DNA of 62,986 nt from an uncultured Clostridia bacterium (GTDB lineage: Bacteria > Bacillota > Clostridia > Oscillospirales > Butyricicoccaceae): contig CAMEPU010000001.1 in the NCBI GenBank assembly GCA_945932315.1, forward strand, positions 1 through 62,986, given 5' to 3'. A model generated the notes under the pieces. It had not been told where the DNA came from, made no database searches, and saw only the letters and a program-made list of their open reading frames with translations. Made by a program: the position numbers and the translations under genes. Positions 27,893 through 37,921 of the stretch are shown here, piece by piece. Position 1 is the first letter of the stretch; each line of letters opens with the position of its first letter.

Positions 27893-28791
27893 ACGGCATT
27901 CTCATCATGAACAAGCCGGACGGCTTCACCTCCCACGACGTGGTGGCCAAGCTGCGCGGCATTCTGCACACCAAAAAGATCGGCCACGGGGGCACGCTTG
28001 ACCCGATGGCCACCGGCGTGCTGCCCGTCTTTCTGGGCGGCGCGACCAAGGCGGCCGATTACGCGGCCGCGCAGGACAAGGAATACGTCGCCGGGTTCAC
28101 GCTGGGCTACGCGACCGACACGCAGGACACCACGGGCGAGATCGTGCAGCTTTCGGGCCAGTACGCGGCCGAAGCCCGGGTCCGCGCCGTGCTGCGCCGC
28201 TTCGAGGGCGCGCAGCAGCAGGTGCCGCCCATGTACTCGGCGGTCAAGATCGGCGGCAAAAAGCTGGTCGATCTGGCGCGGAAGGGGGTCGAGATCGAGC
28301 GCCCGGCGCGCGAGATCTTCGTGCGCGAGCTCGAGCTGCTCGACTTCGACGAGAACGCCCAGACCGGGCGCCTGCGGGCGGTCGTGTCCAAGGGCACCTA
28401 TATCCGCACCCTGATCCACGATTTCGGCGCGGCGGCGGGCACGCTGGCCGCGATGAACAGCCTCACGCGCACCCGTTCGGGGCGCTACGGGCTCGAGCAG
28501 GCGCACGACTTCGCCGCGGTCGAGCAGGCCATGGCGGCGGGCGCGATCGACGAGCTGCTGCTCCCGACCGACAGCCTGTTTCTCGACTGCCCGGCGGTCG
28601 AGCTGTCGCAGGCGGGCTTTGAGCGGCAGGCGCACGGCGCGCCCGTGTTCGCCCGCCAGACCGCGGGCTTTCCACAGGAGAAGGGCACGCTCGTCCGGGT
28701 CTACTACGGCGGAGAATTTCTGATGCTCGGCCGGGTGGACGAGCTGGATGTGGGCGGTCTCGCCCTGTTTGTCCACAAGCGATTTTTGTAA
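27889..28791 (+). CDS. truB: tRNA pseudouridine(55) synthase
   Basis: GHGGTLDPMATGVL, PPMYSAVK, SKGTYIR. Confidence 0.97.
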   Translation: MNGILIMNKPDGFTSHDVVAKLRGILHTKKIGHGGTLDPMATGVLPVFLGGATKAADYAAAQDKEYVAGFTLGYATDTQDTTGEIVQLSGQYAAEARVRAVLRRFEGAQQQVPPMYSAVKIGGKKLVDLARKGVEIERPAREIFVRELELLDFDENAQTGRLRAVVSKGTYIRTLIHDFGAAAGTLAAMNSLTRTRSGRYGLEQAHDFAAVEQAMAAGAIDELLLPTDSLFLDCPAVELSQAGFERQAHGAPVFARQTAGFPQEKGTLVRVYYGGEFLMLGRVDELDVGGLALFVHKRFL

Positions 28792-28816
28792 CGATACTCA
28801 CGGGGAGGGAATCCCG

Positions 28817-29716
28817 ATGGCAACCAATCAGCCCAAGCGCGCGATCGCGCTCGGTTATTTCGACGGCGTGCACCGGGGGCATCAGGCGCTGATGGCGCGG
28901 GCGGTTCAGCGCGCGCACGAGATCGGCGGCATCTCCGCCGTGTTCACCTTTGACGCCCACCCGGCGTCCATCCTCTCGGGCACGCCCACGCCGCTGCTGA
29001 CGGCGGAGAGCTACCGCCGGGAGGAGATCAAGGCGCTCGGCGGGGTGGACGAGGTCATCTTCGGCCATTTCACCGAGCTGCAGCACATGGACTGGCGCGA
29101 TTTCATCCACGAGCTGCTGATCGGCCGGTTCAATGCGGGCTATATCATTTCGGGGCGGAACAACCGCTTCGGCTACAAGGGTCTGGGCACCAGCGCGGGC
29201 ATGGCCGAGGAATGCGCCAAGGCGGGCGTGGGCTACGACTGCGTGGACGACGTCATGATCGACGGCGTGCTGGTCTCCTCGACCTACATCCGCGGCCTGA
29301 TCGCGGTCGGCGACATGGAGCGCGCCGCCAAGTACCTGGGCCATCCGTATACGATCACGGGCGTTGTCCAGCACGGGCGGCAAGTCGGCCGCCGCATCGG
29401 CGTGCCCACGCTCAACCTGCCCCTGCCCGAGAACATGGCGCTCCCGCCCTTCGGGGTGTACGCCAGCCGGGTGCTGGTGGACGGCAGGAGCTACCTCGCC
29501 GCGACCAACATCGGCGCAAAGCCGACTTTCGTCGACGGCGGTGCGCCCACGATCGAGCCGCACCTGCTCGACTTCACGGGCGACCTGTACGGCAAGCGCA
29601 TCCACGTCGAGCTGCACAAGTTCCTGCGCCCCGAGCGGGCGTTCGAGAGCGCGGACGCGCTCCGGGAGGCGATCGCCGAGAACATCCGCCAGACGCGCGA
29701 ATTTTTTGCGAATTGA
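28817..29716 (+). CDS. ribF: Bifunctional riboflavin kinase/FAD synthetase
   Basis: GYFDGVHRGH, VSSTYIR, GRRIGVPTLN, NIGAKPT, DLYG. Confidence 0.95.
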   Translation: MATNQPKRAIALGYFDGVHRGHQALMARAVQRAHEIGGISAVFTFDAHPASILSGTPTPLLTAESYRREEIKALGGVDEVIFGHFTELQHMDWRDFIHELLIGRFNAGYIISGRNNRFGYKGLGTSAGMAEECAKAGVGYDCVDDVMIDGVLVSSTYIRGLIAVGDMERAAKYLGHPYTITGVVQHGRQVGRRIGVPTLNLPLPENMALPPFGVYASRVLVDGRSYLAATNIGAKPTFVDGGAPTIEPHLLDFTGDLYGKRIHVELHKFLRPERAFESADALREAIAENIRQTREFFAN

Positions 29717-29759
29717 GCTTTCGAGAAAAGAGAAAAGTAGAAGAGAAAAAGGAAAACAG

Positions 29760-29788
29760 GAGCGCCGCGGGACAGTCCCGCGGCGCTC
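29760..29788. repeat. GC-rich palindrome after ribF
   Basis: gagcgccgcgggac-a-gtcccgcggcgctc. Confidence 0.7.
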
Positions 29789-29904
29789 AGTCGTTCTTTA
29801 AAGCAGGGTTGTGCGCATCTGCTGCCTCGGTTCTTGCGGAAAGTCCGGCACTATGATATGATGAACTCGATCAATCGGTTTTAACGGATAAAAGAGGTGC
29901 TTAT

Positions 29905-30399
29905 ATGATACAGGAGATTTTTGCAAAGCCCTGCGTTGGAGCGATCATTGAAAAAACAGAAAATAACGAAAAATATATACTCATTCAAACAAGACAAAAA
30001 GAAGATGGCGAAGAAACAAATGGAATGATAGAACTTCCCGCTGGCAAAATCAGGGAATACGAAAATATCTTTTCTGCCCTGCGCAGGGAGGTTTGGGAAG
30101 AAACCGGGTTGAGAATCACCAAGATCCACGGTGAAGAAGCCGCCGTATCGAATCAAACAGGTGCTGTAACTACAATTTCTTTTGAACCGTACTGTGTCAC
30201 ACAGAATTTATCCGGCGCATATTCCATTATTTTGAATACGTTTTTATGTGAAGCGGAAGGGGATTTGTTGGATCATACCAATGAAACGCAGAATATCCGA
30301 TGGGAAAGGATTTCGGATGTGGAGCGTTTGATAAAAGAAGAGCCTGAAAAAATATTCTTTATGCACATCAACGCCTTGAAGAAATATTTGTGCCTGTGA
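29905..30399 (+). CDS. Nudix hydrolase
   Basis: Nudix box GKIREYENIFSALRREVWEETG; AT-rich relative to flanks. Confidence 0.9.
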   Translation: MIQEIFAKPCVGAIIEKTENNEKYILIQTRQKEDGEETNGMIELPAGKIREYENIFSALRREVWEETGLRITKIHGEEAAVSNQTGAVTTISFEPYCVTQNLSGAYSIILNTFLCEAEGDLLDHTNETQNIRWERISDVERLIKEEPEKIFFMHINALKKYLCL

Positions 30400-30435
30400 A
30401 TTCCGGTTCGCCGCATGAAATACCAAACGGGGCAT

Positions 30436-30471
30436 AAAAAAGACCGACTGGAAAACCAGCCGGTCATTTTC
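30436..30471. terminator. Bidirectional terminator
   Basis: aaaaaagaccgactgg-aaaa-ccagccggtcatttt. Confidence 0.6.
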
Positions 30472-30479
30472 AATGTATT

Positions 30480-30869
30480 TTAAAGCAGGAGCAGGAAAAA
30501 ATTGACCACCGCATCCGCGAATTTGACAAAGGGGACGGCGCAGTAGTAAAGCAGCAGATCGGGCGAACCCAGAAAAAACAGGACAACGAGAAGGGGATAT
30601 ATGCCGAGCAGAACGCGCAGGAGCAAGCCGGATTGCGGGCGGCAGACCAGCGCGCGGATGCCGAGTGCGGCGGACAGAAGCATACCCAATACGTTGACAC
30701 CGGAGATGATGGCGTACAGCAGATCGTAAAGCACAGTGGGAAGATTCGGCGGGTAGCCCGCATCCCAGATATACCACGACGGCGCGAATAAAAAGGGAAT
30801 GAACACCAGCAGGAGTCCTAAAAAGCTCAGTGCAGTCAGGATATAAACGATTTTTTCGCGTTTTTCCAT
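30480..30869 (-). CDS. Hypothetical membrane protein (3-4 TM)
   Basis: Hydrophobic ORF; start uncertain (30869 or 30899). Confidence 0.55.
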   Translation of the reverse strand: MEKREKIVYILTALSFLGLLLVFIPFLFAPSWYIWDAGYPPNLPTVLYDLLYAIISGVNVLGMLLSAALGIRALVCRPQSGLLLRVLLGIYPLLVVLFFLGSPDLLLYYCAVPFVKFADAVVNFFLLLL

Positions 30870-30891
30870 ACGAAATGTCTCGCTTTCAGAA

Positions 30892-31434
30892 TCACACATT
30901 GTCGTCGTACCAGAAGGATGTACGCAAGCGGTCGGAATAGGGATGGGTCTCGAGCAGCGTGTCCAGCTCGTCGAGCAGCGTGTCCTTGCTCACCGTGTCC
31001 GAGCGATAAAGCGCAAGGAGTGCTTCTGAATCGGCGAACAGGGCGTCCCATTCCGCGGCAGTCAGATTTTCAAGGCAGATTTCATTGAGATAATGCGCCA
31101 TGCCGAAAAGGTAGTTCAGGCTCTCCCGGTCGTATTTGGGGTCGCCGTAGCCGTCATAGATACGCGCGATCATCGCGCCAGACGTGATCCGAACCTGTTG
31201 GAAAGAGGCTGTCGGCTTTTCGGTCCCGGCTTCCTGACAGGACTGATATTTGTTCATCAGCGCGCCGATCTGCATGGTTTCGCTGTAAAGGCTCTGCTCG
31301 ATGTTGTCCATCTGCATGCTGCGGTAAAACGCCTGTCCGGGGTTGTTCATGCTGTATCCCAGTCCGAAACTCACGGCCAGCGCAAGGCACAACAGGACGA
31401 TCTTTCCCTTCGTGTTTCGCAAAAAGTCTTTCAT
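30892..31434 (-). CDS. Hypothetical exported or membrane-anchored protein
   Basis: RBS ggaggt; N-terminal basic + hydrophobic segment, acidic helical remainder. Confidence 0.7.
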   Translation of the reverse strand: MKDFLRNTKGKIVLLCLALAVSFGLGYSMNNPGQAFYRSMQMDNIEQSLYSETMQIGALMNKYQSCQEAGTEKPTASFQQVRITSGAMIARIYDGYGDPKYDRESLNYLFGMAHYLNEICLENLTAAEWDALFADSEALLALYRSDTVSKDTLLDELDTLLETHPYSDRLRTSFWYDDNV

Positions 31435-31651
31435 ACGGGCACCTCCATGTTTCTATCATATCATAGAATGCTGAAAATCCAAACGCAAAAAACTTAAGAA
31501 TTTCTGAAGTCTGGGATTTTTTGTAAAAAACGCGCCTTTCCCTTCCTGAATTTTACATCTATGTTTCATTTTCCTCCCATCTCTTGCCCGGGCCGGGCCG
31601 GGCGGATATACTGGTACTAGACAGCATTTGGACTTTTGGGAGGTGTTCCGT

Positions 31652-33916
31652 GTGAGACGTATCCTGCGCCTGGCGTTTTCGCTGGCGTTTTGTCTGGTTT
31701 TTCTGGCCGGTGCGGCGTTTGCCATCAATTTTCCGTTTCCCGTCTGGTCGACTGCGGCCGACGGCACGGTCACCTATGGCTATCTGAACGACACGGGCGA
31801 CATGATCATTCCGATCCGGTATGACAACGCGGGGGAGTTCGGCGACTGCGGGCTGGCTGCGGTCGAGCTTGCGGGCAAGACCGCGCTGATGAACACATCG
31901 GGCAGTCTGGTGACCGATTGGCTCGAAACCCCGGAATCGGTCGAGTTTGACGGCGGCTGGGCGGCGCTTCGCTACGCCGACGGCACGGTCTATTATACAT
32001 CGAGGGGACAGGCGCTGCCCAGAATGGCGGGCGCGTCCGGGTTCCCGTCCGACGGGCGGATCGCGTTTTCGGTCGAAACGGCCGACGGCGCCCGCTGGGG
32101 TTACTATGACGAGCAGGGCAAGGTCGCCGTTCCGGCGGTCTACTCGGCGGCGGGCGCGTTCCGGAACGGCCGCGCGCTCGTGCGCGACGCACTGGGCGAC
32201 TGCCATGTCATCGGCGTGGACGGCGGCGAGCTGGCCGCGCTGCCCGGCGGCGCGACCCCGGTCTACCTCGATATCTACTGCGACGATGTAATTGTGCTCG
32301 AGGCGGGCGGCAAATACTGCCTGTACTCGCTCGAAAAGATGGATTTCATCACCTATTACGTCTACGACGAGATCCAGCCCTTTGACCAGAACTGCGCGGT
32401 TATGCGTCAGGGCGCGCTCTACGGGCTGCTTTCGTCCGAGGGCGTCGAAGCCCTGTCCGCGACCTACCCCTATCTCAACAGTCTGGGCGAGGGCGTTTAC
32501 GCGGCGCGCGGCCTGACCACGGGCGCGGACATCATCAACGAGCGGGGCGAAAAGGTCTACACGATCGACACCTACGTGGGCGGCCTGACCAGCCTGCGCT
32601 GCGGCATGACCTGGTACGGCACGCTGACTGGCGACGTGGCCTTTTTAAACGCGACCGGCACCTTCCGCAAGGTGGTTTCGGGTGTTGAGACCCCGGTGAT
32701 TCTAAACTCGAATGTGGCGCGCGTCATGGTGGACAACGAAACCCGCTGGATCGACATGCTGACGGGCGAGATGCTCCACACCTCGGCGCGGGAGTACACC
32801 CTGTCGAGCGGTGCGCGCGTGACCTCGGCCTATTATGAAAAATATCTGGGCATGCGCCCGGACGGCTCGGAATACGGCTGGTCGGTCGAATATCCGCTCC
32901 TGACCGGACTGCCCAGCCTGTCCGCCCAGCAGAAGATCAACGACGGCCTGCGCGACTTCTTCGTCGGCGGCCCCTATCACAGCATGCTCCAGAACTGCGG
33001 CATGACCGCGACCTACGGCTACCGCGAGCAGAACGGCCTGCTGGTCGTCTGGGCGATCGGCACCTATGAGACGAGCGACACTGCGGTCGTCTGGAACGAG
33101 TCGGTGATGTTCGACCTCGAAACCGGCGCGCGCTACACGGTGGAGGACGACCTCTTCCGGGCGGGCGCGTCGACCGCGCTGCGCGCGCTGCTTCCGCAGG
33201 GGGCGCCCTATTACGGCAACGCCCGGCTGGACGGCGACGGCGTTTCCTTCTTCCGCAATTATTCGGTCGCCACGGGCGGCACGCCCCGGTCGGAGTCGGT
33301 CTGGTACAGTTTTGACGACCTCGCGGGCGTGCTCGACTACTCCTCGACCCTGTGCCAGACGCTGACCGGCGTCGAGGCGCTGCACTACGCCGATGTGCCC
33401 GAGACCTATTGGGGCTACCGGGTCATCTCGATCTGCACCGCGCGCGGCCTGATGGTCGGCGACGGCGACAAGTTCTTCCCGGTGCGTGAGATCAGCCTGT
33501 CCGAGGTGGCGGCCGTTCTGGCCCGCGTGCTCGAGCTGCCCGCCGGGGAGATGCCCGACGTCGACCCCGCAGCCTGGTACGCGGACGAGCTGGGCGCAGC
33601 CTGGGAGGCCGGCCTGCTCGAGGGGCTTTCGGGCAGCAGCCTGAAGCCCACCCGCGCGATCACCCGCGCCGACATGATGCAGATGCTCGCGAACGCGATC
33701 GAGCGCCGCGACGGCAAGGTCAATATGACCTCGGATACCGCCAGAACCACGCTGTCCACCTTCTCGGACGCGGGCGACATCCCGGCGAACCGGGTGACCG
33801 CCGCCGCGATCTGCGTGAGCCGGGGCGTCATCGTGGGTGACGGCAGCTCGATCCGCCCGAACGACACCCTGACCCGCGCCGAGTTTGCCGCCATTCTGGC
33901 CGCGCTCGTGGCGTAA
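31652..33916 (+). CDS. Cell-surface protein with WG repeats and C-terminal SLH domains
   Basis: RBS gggaggtg + GTG; signal peptide; YGYLNDTG/WGYYDEQG/YGLL repeats; YADVPETYW...ITRAD...LTRAEFA SLH motifs. Confidence 0.85.
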   Translation: MRRILRLAFSLAFCLVFLAGAAFAINFPFPVWSTAADGTVTYGYLNDTGDMIIPIRYDNAGEFGDCGLAAVELAGKTALMNTSGSLVTDWLETPESVEFDGGWAALRYADGTVYYTSRGQALPRMAGASGFPSDGRIAFSVETADGARWGYYDEQGKVAVPAVYSAAGAFRNGRALVRDALGDCHVIGVDGGELAALPGGATPVYLDIYCDDVIVLEAGGKYCLYSLEKMDFITYYVYDEIQPFDQNCAVMRQGALYGLLSSEGVEALSATYPYLNSLGEGVYAARGLTTGADIINERGEKVYTIDTYVGGLTSLRCGMTWYGTLTGDVAFLNATGTFRKVVSGVETPVILNSNVARVMVDNETRWIDMLTGEMLHTSAREYTLSSGARVTSAYYEKYLGMRPDGSEYGWSVEYPLLTGLPSLSAQQKINDGLRDFFVGGPYHSMLQNCGMTATYGYREQNGLLVVWAIGTYETSDTAVVWNESVMFDLETGARYTVEDDLFRAGASTALRALLPQGAPYYGNARLDGDGVSFFRNYSVATGGTPRSESVWYSFDDLAGVLDYSSTLCQTLTGVEALHYADVPETYWGYRVISICTARGLMVGDGDKFFPVREISLSEVAAVLARVLELPAGEMPDVDPAAWYADELGAAWEAGLLEGLSGSSLKPTRAITRADMMQMLANAIERRDGKVNMTSDTARTTLSTFSDAGDIPANRVTAAAICVSRGVIVGDGSSIRPNDTLTRAEFAAILAALVA

Positions 33917-33925
33917 ACAATCTGG

Positions 33926-33960
33926 AAAAAAAGCGGAAACCGACCGGTTTCCGCTTTTTT
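33926..33960. terminator. Bidirectional terminator
   Basis: aaaaaagcggaaaccg-ac-cggtttccgctttttt. Confidence 0.85.
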
Positions 33961-33969
33961 GTGCGCTTT

Positions 33970-34725
33970 TTAGTTGTGTAAGGTTTCAAGGATGGTGCGC
34001 AAGGCGCGGGCCTCGATCTGGCCGGGTGCGGACGCCTTGCCTGCCGCGCCGAAGGTGACGCACGAGCCGAACTGCTCGCCGCACAGGCGGCTGATCGCGC
34101 CGAGCGGGCCCATCGACATCGAAATGACCGGGCGCGTTCCGGCCGCGTCCATCTCGGCGGTGGCCGAGAGCAGGGTCAGCACATCCTCGGGGCACTGGGG
34201 CATGACCGCGATCTTGAGCAGGTCGGCGCCCAGCGCTTCCATCGCGCGGAAACGGCGGAGCAGCTCGTCCCGCGCCGGGGTCTTGGCGAAGTCGTGGCTG
34301 GACGCGATGACCGCCATGCCCTGCGCGTGGGCGGCTTCGACAATCTGCCGGACGATCTCGTCGCCCATGAACAGCTCGACGTCGATCAGGTCGGCCGCGC
34401 TGTCCTCGATCACTTCAAGGCACAGGCGCAGGTAATCGGCCTCGGAAATCTCCCGTTCGCCGCCCTCGCGCGCGGTGCGGAAGGTGAAAAGGAGGGGGGT
34501 CTGGGGCAGGACGGTGCGGATGCCGTCGAGGGCAAAGCGCCGGGCGCTCCGGTCGCCGGTCGCGGCGTACCAGTCCGCGCGGAATTCGACCAGATCGGGC
34601 TGACAGCAGGCGATCGCCGCCATCTGCCGGGAGATCTCGCCGTCATCCCGGGCGACCACGGGCAGGCAGATTTTGGGCTGCCCCGCGCCAAATTCCACAT
34701 TTTTTACCGTTACCGTCTGCTTCAT
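33970..34725 (-). CDS. aroD: Type I 3-dehydroquinate dehydratase
   Basis: VEFRAD, FTFRTAREGG, SSHDF, KIAVMP, SMSMG, SAPGQI. Confidence 0.95.
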   Translation of the reverse strand: MKQTVTVKNVEFGAGQPKICLPVVARDDGEISRQMAAIACCQPDLVEFRADWYAATGDRSARRFALDGIRTVLPQTPLLFTFRTAREGGEREISEADYLRLCLEVIEDSAADLIDVELFMGDEIVRQIVEAAHAQGMAVIASSHDFAKTPARDELLRRFRAMEALGADLLKIAVMPQCPEDVLTLLSATAEMDAAGTRPVISMSMGPLGAISRLCGEQFGSCVTFGAAGKASAPGQIEARALRTILETLHN

Positions 34726-34788
34726 GATACCGTGACCCTCCATCAATTCTGTCGTACGCAACCATTCTATCACAGCCGGTGCGAAAAG

Positions 34789-35595
34789 TCACGAAAAATG
34801 CGCGGCTTCGAGCCGGTAGAGGTCGTCCCGGCGCTGCGACAGGCTGGGGCAGGCGGCGCGGTAGCGCGCTGCCTCGTCCGGGTCGCAGGAAGCGAACAGC
34901 AGGCCTTCGTCCGCGCCCAGCCCGGCCAGCCGGAGGGCGTTTGGCCCGTAGACCGCGCTCTCGCCCAGAAAGACGTGGGGTTTGATATGATCGGCGCCGA
35001 TCACAAAGCAGCCGTTCTCGATCGCGCGGGCGGCCAGCAGGGCGTGCCACGCCTCGCGCTTGCCCGGGCCGCAGACGAAGCCCGCGATGGCGATCAGATA
35101 GTCGACCCCGGCGAGCGCCTGCAGGCGGGCGAGCTCGGGGAAGCGCAGCTCGTAGCAGACCAGCAGGCCAATCCGTCCAAAATCGGTGTCAAGCGGCTGG
35201 AACAGCGTGTCGCCCGGGGTGAAATGGTCGCTCTCGCGGTAGGAAAACGCGTCGTAGAGGTGGGTCTTGCGGTGGGCGCGGACGAGCGCGCCCGTCCGGT
35301 CGATGACCACGGTTGTGTTATAGGGGCGGGCGGGGTCGCCGCTCGCCTCGAGCGCGCCGCAGACGATCCACAGGCTGTGGACGCGCGCCAGCTCGCGCAG
35401 GCCGGTGACAAACGGGCCGTCGAGCGGCTGGCCGGGCACCGCCGGGCCGTGCGGGTCGGGGTAGCCCATCGCGTACTCGGGGCAGACGAGCAGGTCGGCC
35501 TTCCCGGCCGCGCGGGCGGCGAAGTCCGCGATGGCCGCGAGGTTGCGCGCCGGGTCGGCGCAGGCGTTGAACTGGGCGATGGCAAAGGTCGCCAT
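34789..35595 (-). CDS. Carbon-nitrogen hydrolase (nitrilase superfamily)
   Basis: CPEY, HRKTHLYD, VCYELRFPE triad, ARAIENG. Confidence 0.9.
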   Translation of the reverse strand: MATFAIAQFNACADPARNLAAIADFAARAAGKADLLVCPEYAMGYPDPHGPAVPGQPLDGPFVTGLRELARVHSLWIVCGALEASGDPARPYNTTVVIDRTGALVRAHRKTHLYDAFSYRESDHFTPGDTLFQPLDTDFGRIGLLVCYELRFPELARLQALAGVDYLIAIAGFVCGPGKREAWHALLAARAIENGCFVIGADHIKPHVFLGESAVYGPNALRLAGLGADEGLLFASCDPDEAARYRAACPSLSQRRDDLYRLEAAHFS

Positions 35596-35645
35596 GGGGA
35601 TCATCCTTTCAAAAAGGCCGGAGCGCTGCTCCGGCCTTTGCGTGT

Positions 35646-36593
35646 TTAACTGAAGGTTGCGACTTCCTCGACCGGCTTCTCGGCCGGTTCGATGTGGCGG
35701 TAGTAGAGCACCGGGCCCTCGCCGCGGTAGGCCGGGTTGTACTCGGTGCGCATCTCGGCGGTCACCCAGTACCAGCCTTTGTCCTCAATCTTGCGAGTGT
35801 CCGCGCCCCGGCAGATGAAGCCGACGAAGGTGATGTCCTCGGCGCAGCAGACCATGGCGAAGCGGCCGGGTACGAACTCGTTCTTGGCGACCTGCGGGGA
35901 CTTGTAGGCCATGCCCTTGAAGCGGACGACCTTGCCCTCGTACTTCTCGGGTGAGCCGGACGCGTCGACGTACCACAGGCCGAAGTCCTCGTCCTTGATG
36001 TCGATGACGGGCGCGTCGAGGTCGAAGGGCAGCTCCATGTTGTCGCGGTAGTCCTCCGAGCCGCCGTTCACGTCGTCGAGGAAGATAGTCGCGCGCGGGT
36101 TCATGGCGCGGATGTTGCGCTTGTGCAGCATGTCCTTGAGCGCGTCCGTGCACCGGTTGAAGACGATGAGGTCGGCCGTGGTGATGTGCTCGAACATGCG
36201 CGGGCCCATGTTGGCGGCGTACAGCTCAAAGGTCTCGGCGTTGACGGTCGCGACGATCTGATAGAGCGGCCACTCGGGCGGCAGGCAGTTTTCGATGAAG
36301 GGGTCGAGCTCCCACATGCCGTTGAACTCGATCAGCACGCGGTCGGGCTTGTACTGCTTGGCGAGGTCGCGGAACCAGCGCAGGGAGAGCTCGCTCTTGT
36401 CCTCGACCGTGACGACGGTCGCGCGGGCGCGGGAGAGCAGGGAATCGTCCAGTTCCTCGATGCCCTCCTCGCACAGAATGACCAGCGAGCGCTCGTCCTC
36501 GGTGAAGTTGGGATCGGAGAGGATGTCGGCGATGAACGAGGTCTTGCCGCTCTCCAGAAAGCCGTTGAACAGATAAACCGGGATCTCCTGCAT
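35646..36593 (-). CDS. CobW-like GTPase domain fused to a DUF1980/YcgQ-like C-terminal domain
   Basis: GFLESGKT Walker A, IEFNGMW, FNRC; C-terminal GRFAMVCCAED...GFIC. Confidence 0.75.
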   Translation of the reverse strand: MQEIPVYLFNGFLESGKTSFIADILSDPNFTEDERSLVILCEEGIEELDDSLLSRARATVVTVEDKSELSLRWFRDLAKQYKPDRVLIEFNGMWELDPFIENCLPPEWPLYQIVATVNAETFELYAANMGPRMFEHITTADLIVFNRCTDALKDMLHKRNIRAMNPRATIFLDDVNGGSEDYRDNMELPFDLDAPVIDIKDEDFGLWYVDASGSPEKYEGKVVRFKGMAYKSPQVAKNEFVPGRFAMVCCAEDITFVGFICRGADTRKIEDKGWYWVTAEMRTEYNPAYRGEGPVLYYRHIEPAEKPVEEVATFS

Positions 36594-36596
36594 GGC

Positions 36597-37784
36597 TTAC
36601 ACCTCGAAAATCTCAGCCAGACGGTCGGTGTCCAGATCGCAGCCGATGACGCACAGGCGGCCGGTGTAGTCGGCCGCGCCCCGGCGGATCTCGGGCGCGC
36701 CGGGCACGAAGTCAAAGTGGATCCAGCCGCCGTCGGCCGCGGGCAGGATGCCCTTGGCGCGCAGGACGGTGCCCAGCGTGATGTCGCCGAGCGCGGTCAG
36801 CATGCGGGAAATCTCGTCCTCGGTGTACTTGCGGGCGGTCTCGACGCCCCAGTTCATGAAGACCTCGTCGGCGTGGTGGTGGCCGTGGTGGTCGTGATCG
36901 TGATGATGATGCTCGTGATCGTGGTCGTGGCAGCCGCAGGTGCAGTTCTCATCGTGCTCATGGTGATGCTCGTGAGCATGCTCATGCTCGTGGTCATGGT
37001 CGTGATGGTGCTCATGTTCGTGCTCGTGGTCGTGGTCATGATCATGGTGGTGCTCGTGTTCGTGCTCATGGTCATGATCGTGATCGTGGTGATGATGCTC
37101 ATGCTCGTGGTCATGGTCGTGGCAGCAGCAGTCCTCGTCGTGGTCGTGCTCCTCTTCCATCTCATGCAGCAGCTCCTCGGCCAGCGAGTGGCTGTCCTCC
37201 ATGACGGAGAGCAGCTGCGCGCCGGTCAGCTCGTCCCACGGGGTGGTGACGATGCGGGCCTCGGCGTTGTGCTCGCGCAGCAGGGCGACCGCCTGGTCGA
37301 GCCGGTCGGGCTTGACGAACTGGGTGCGGCTCAGCAGGATCGCGCCCGCCGATTCGATCTGGTTGAGGTAGAATTCGCCGAAGTTTTTGGCGTACATCTT
37401 GACCTTCTGCGCGTCCGCGACGGTGACGAAGCTGTTGAGGACGACGTCGGCCTCCTGCGCCACGTTCTGGACGGCGCGGATGACGTCGCTCAGCTTGCCG
37501 ACGCCCGAGGGCTCGATCAGGATGCGGTCGGGGTGGTACTGGTCGATGACCTCGCGCAGCGCGCGGCCGAAGTCGCCGACGAGCGTGCAGCAGATGCAGC
37601 CCGAGTTCATCTCGGTGATCTGCACGCCGGCCTCGCGGAGGAAACCGCCGTCGATGCCGATCTCGCCAAACTCGTTTTCGATCAGCACAACCTGTTCATT
37701 CTGGAGGGCTTCCGCCAGCAGGCGGCGGATCAGCGTGGTCTTGCCCGCGCCCAGGAAGCCGGAGATAATGTCAATCTTGGTCAT
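36597..37784 (-). CDS. CobW/COG0523 (G3E) GTPase metallochaperone with His-rich insert
   Basis: SGFLGAGKTT, ENEFGE, GCICC, IEPSG, RAKG. Confidence 0.93.
   Translation of the reverse strand: MTKIDIISGFLGAGKTTLIRRLLAEALQNEQVVLIENEFGEIGIDGGFLREAGVQITEMNSGCICCTLVGDFGRALREVIDQYHPDRILIEPSGVGKLSDVIRAVQNVAQEADVVLNSFVTVADAQKVKMYAKNFGEFYLNQIESAGAILLSRTQFVKPDRLDQAVALLREHNAEARIVTTPWDELTGAQLLSVMEDSHSLAEELLHEMEEEHDHDEDCCCHDHDHEHEHHHHDHDHDHEHEHEHHHDHDHDHEHEHEHHHDHDHEHEHAHEHHHEHDENCTCGCHDHDHEHHHHDHDHHGHHHADEVFMNWGVETARKYTEDEISRMLTALGDITLGTVLRAKGILPAADGGWIHFDFVPGAPEIRRGAADYTGRLCVIGCDLDTDRLAEIFEV
36873..37148 (-). repeat. Low-complexity His/Asp/Glu coding repeat (92 codons)
   Basis: (HD/HE)n tract with CCC and CTCGC motifs. 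Confidence 0.9.
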
Positions 37785-37921
37785 TTCAGAATCTCTTCCT
37801 TTCAAGCATTTTATTTCATCCTATATAATACCCCCGAAGCGGAGAAAAAGAAAGAAAAATTTGTAAATTCTGGCGGCAGAGGGCATACAAAACGCCCGCT
37901 GCAGGGCAGCGGGCGGAGAAT

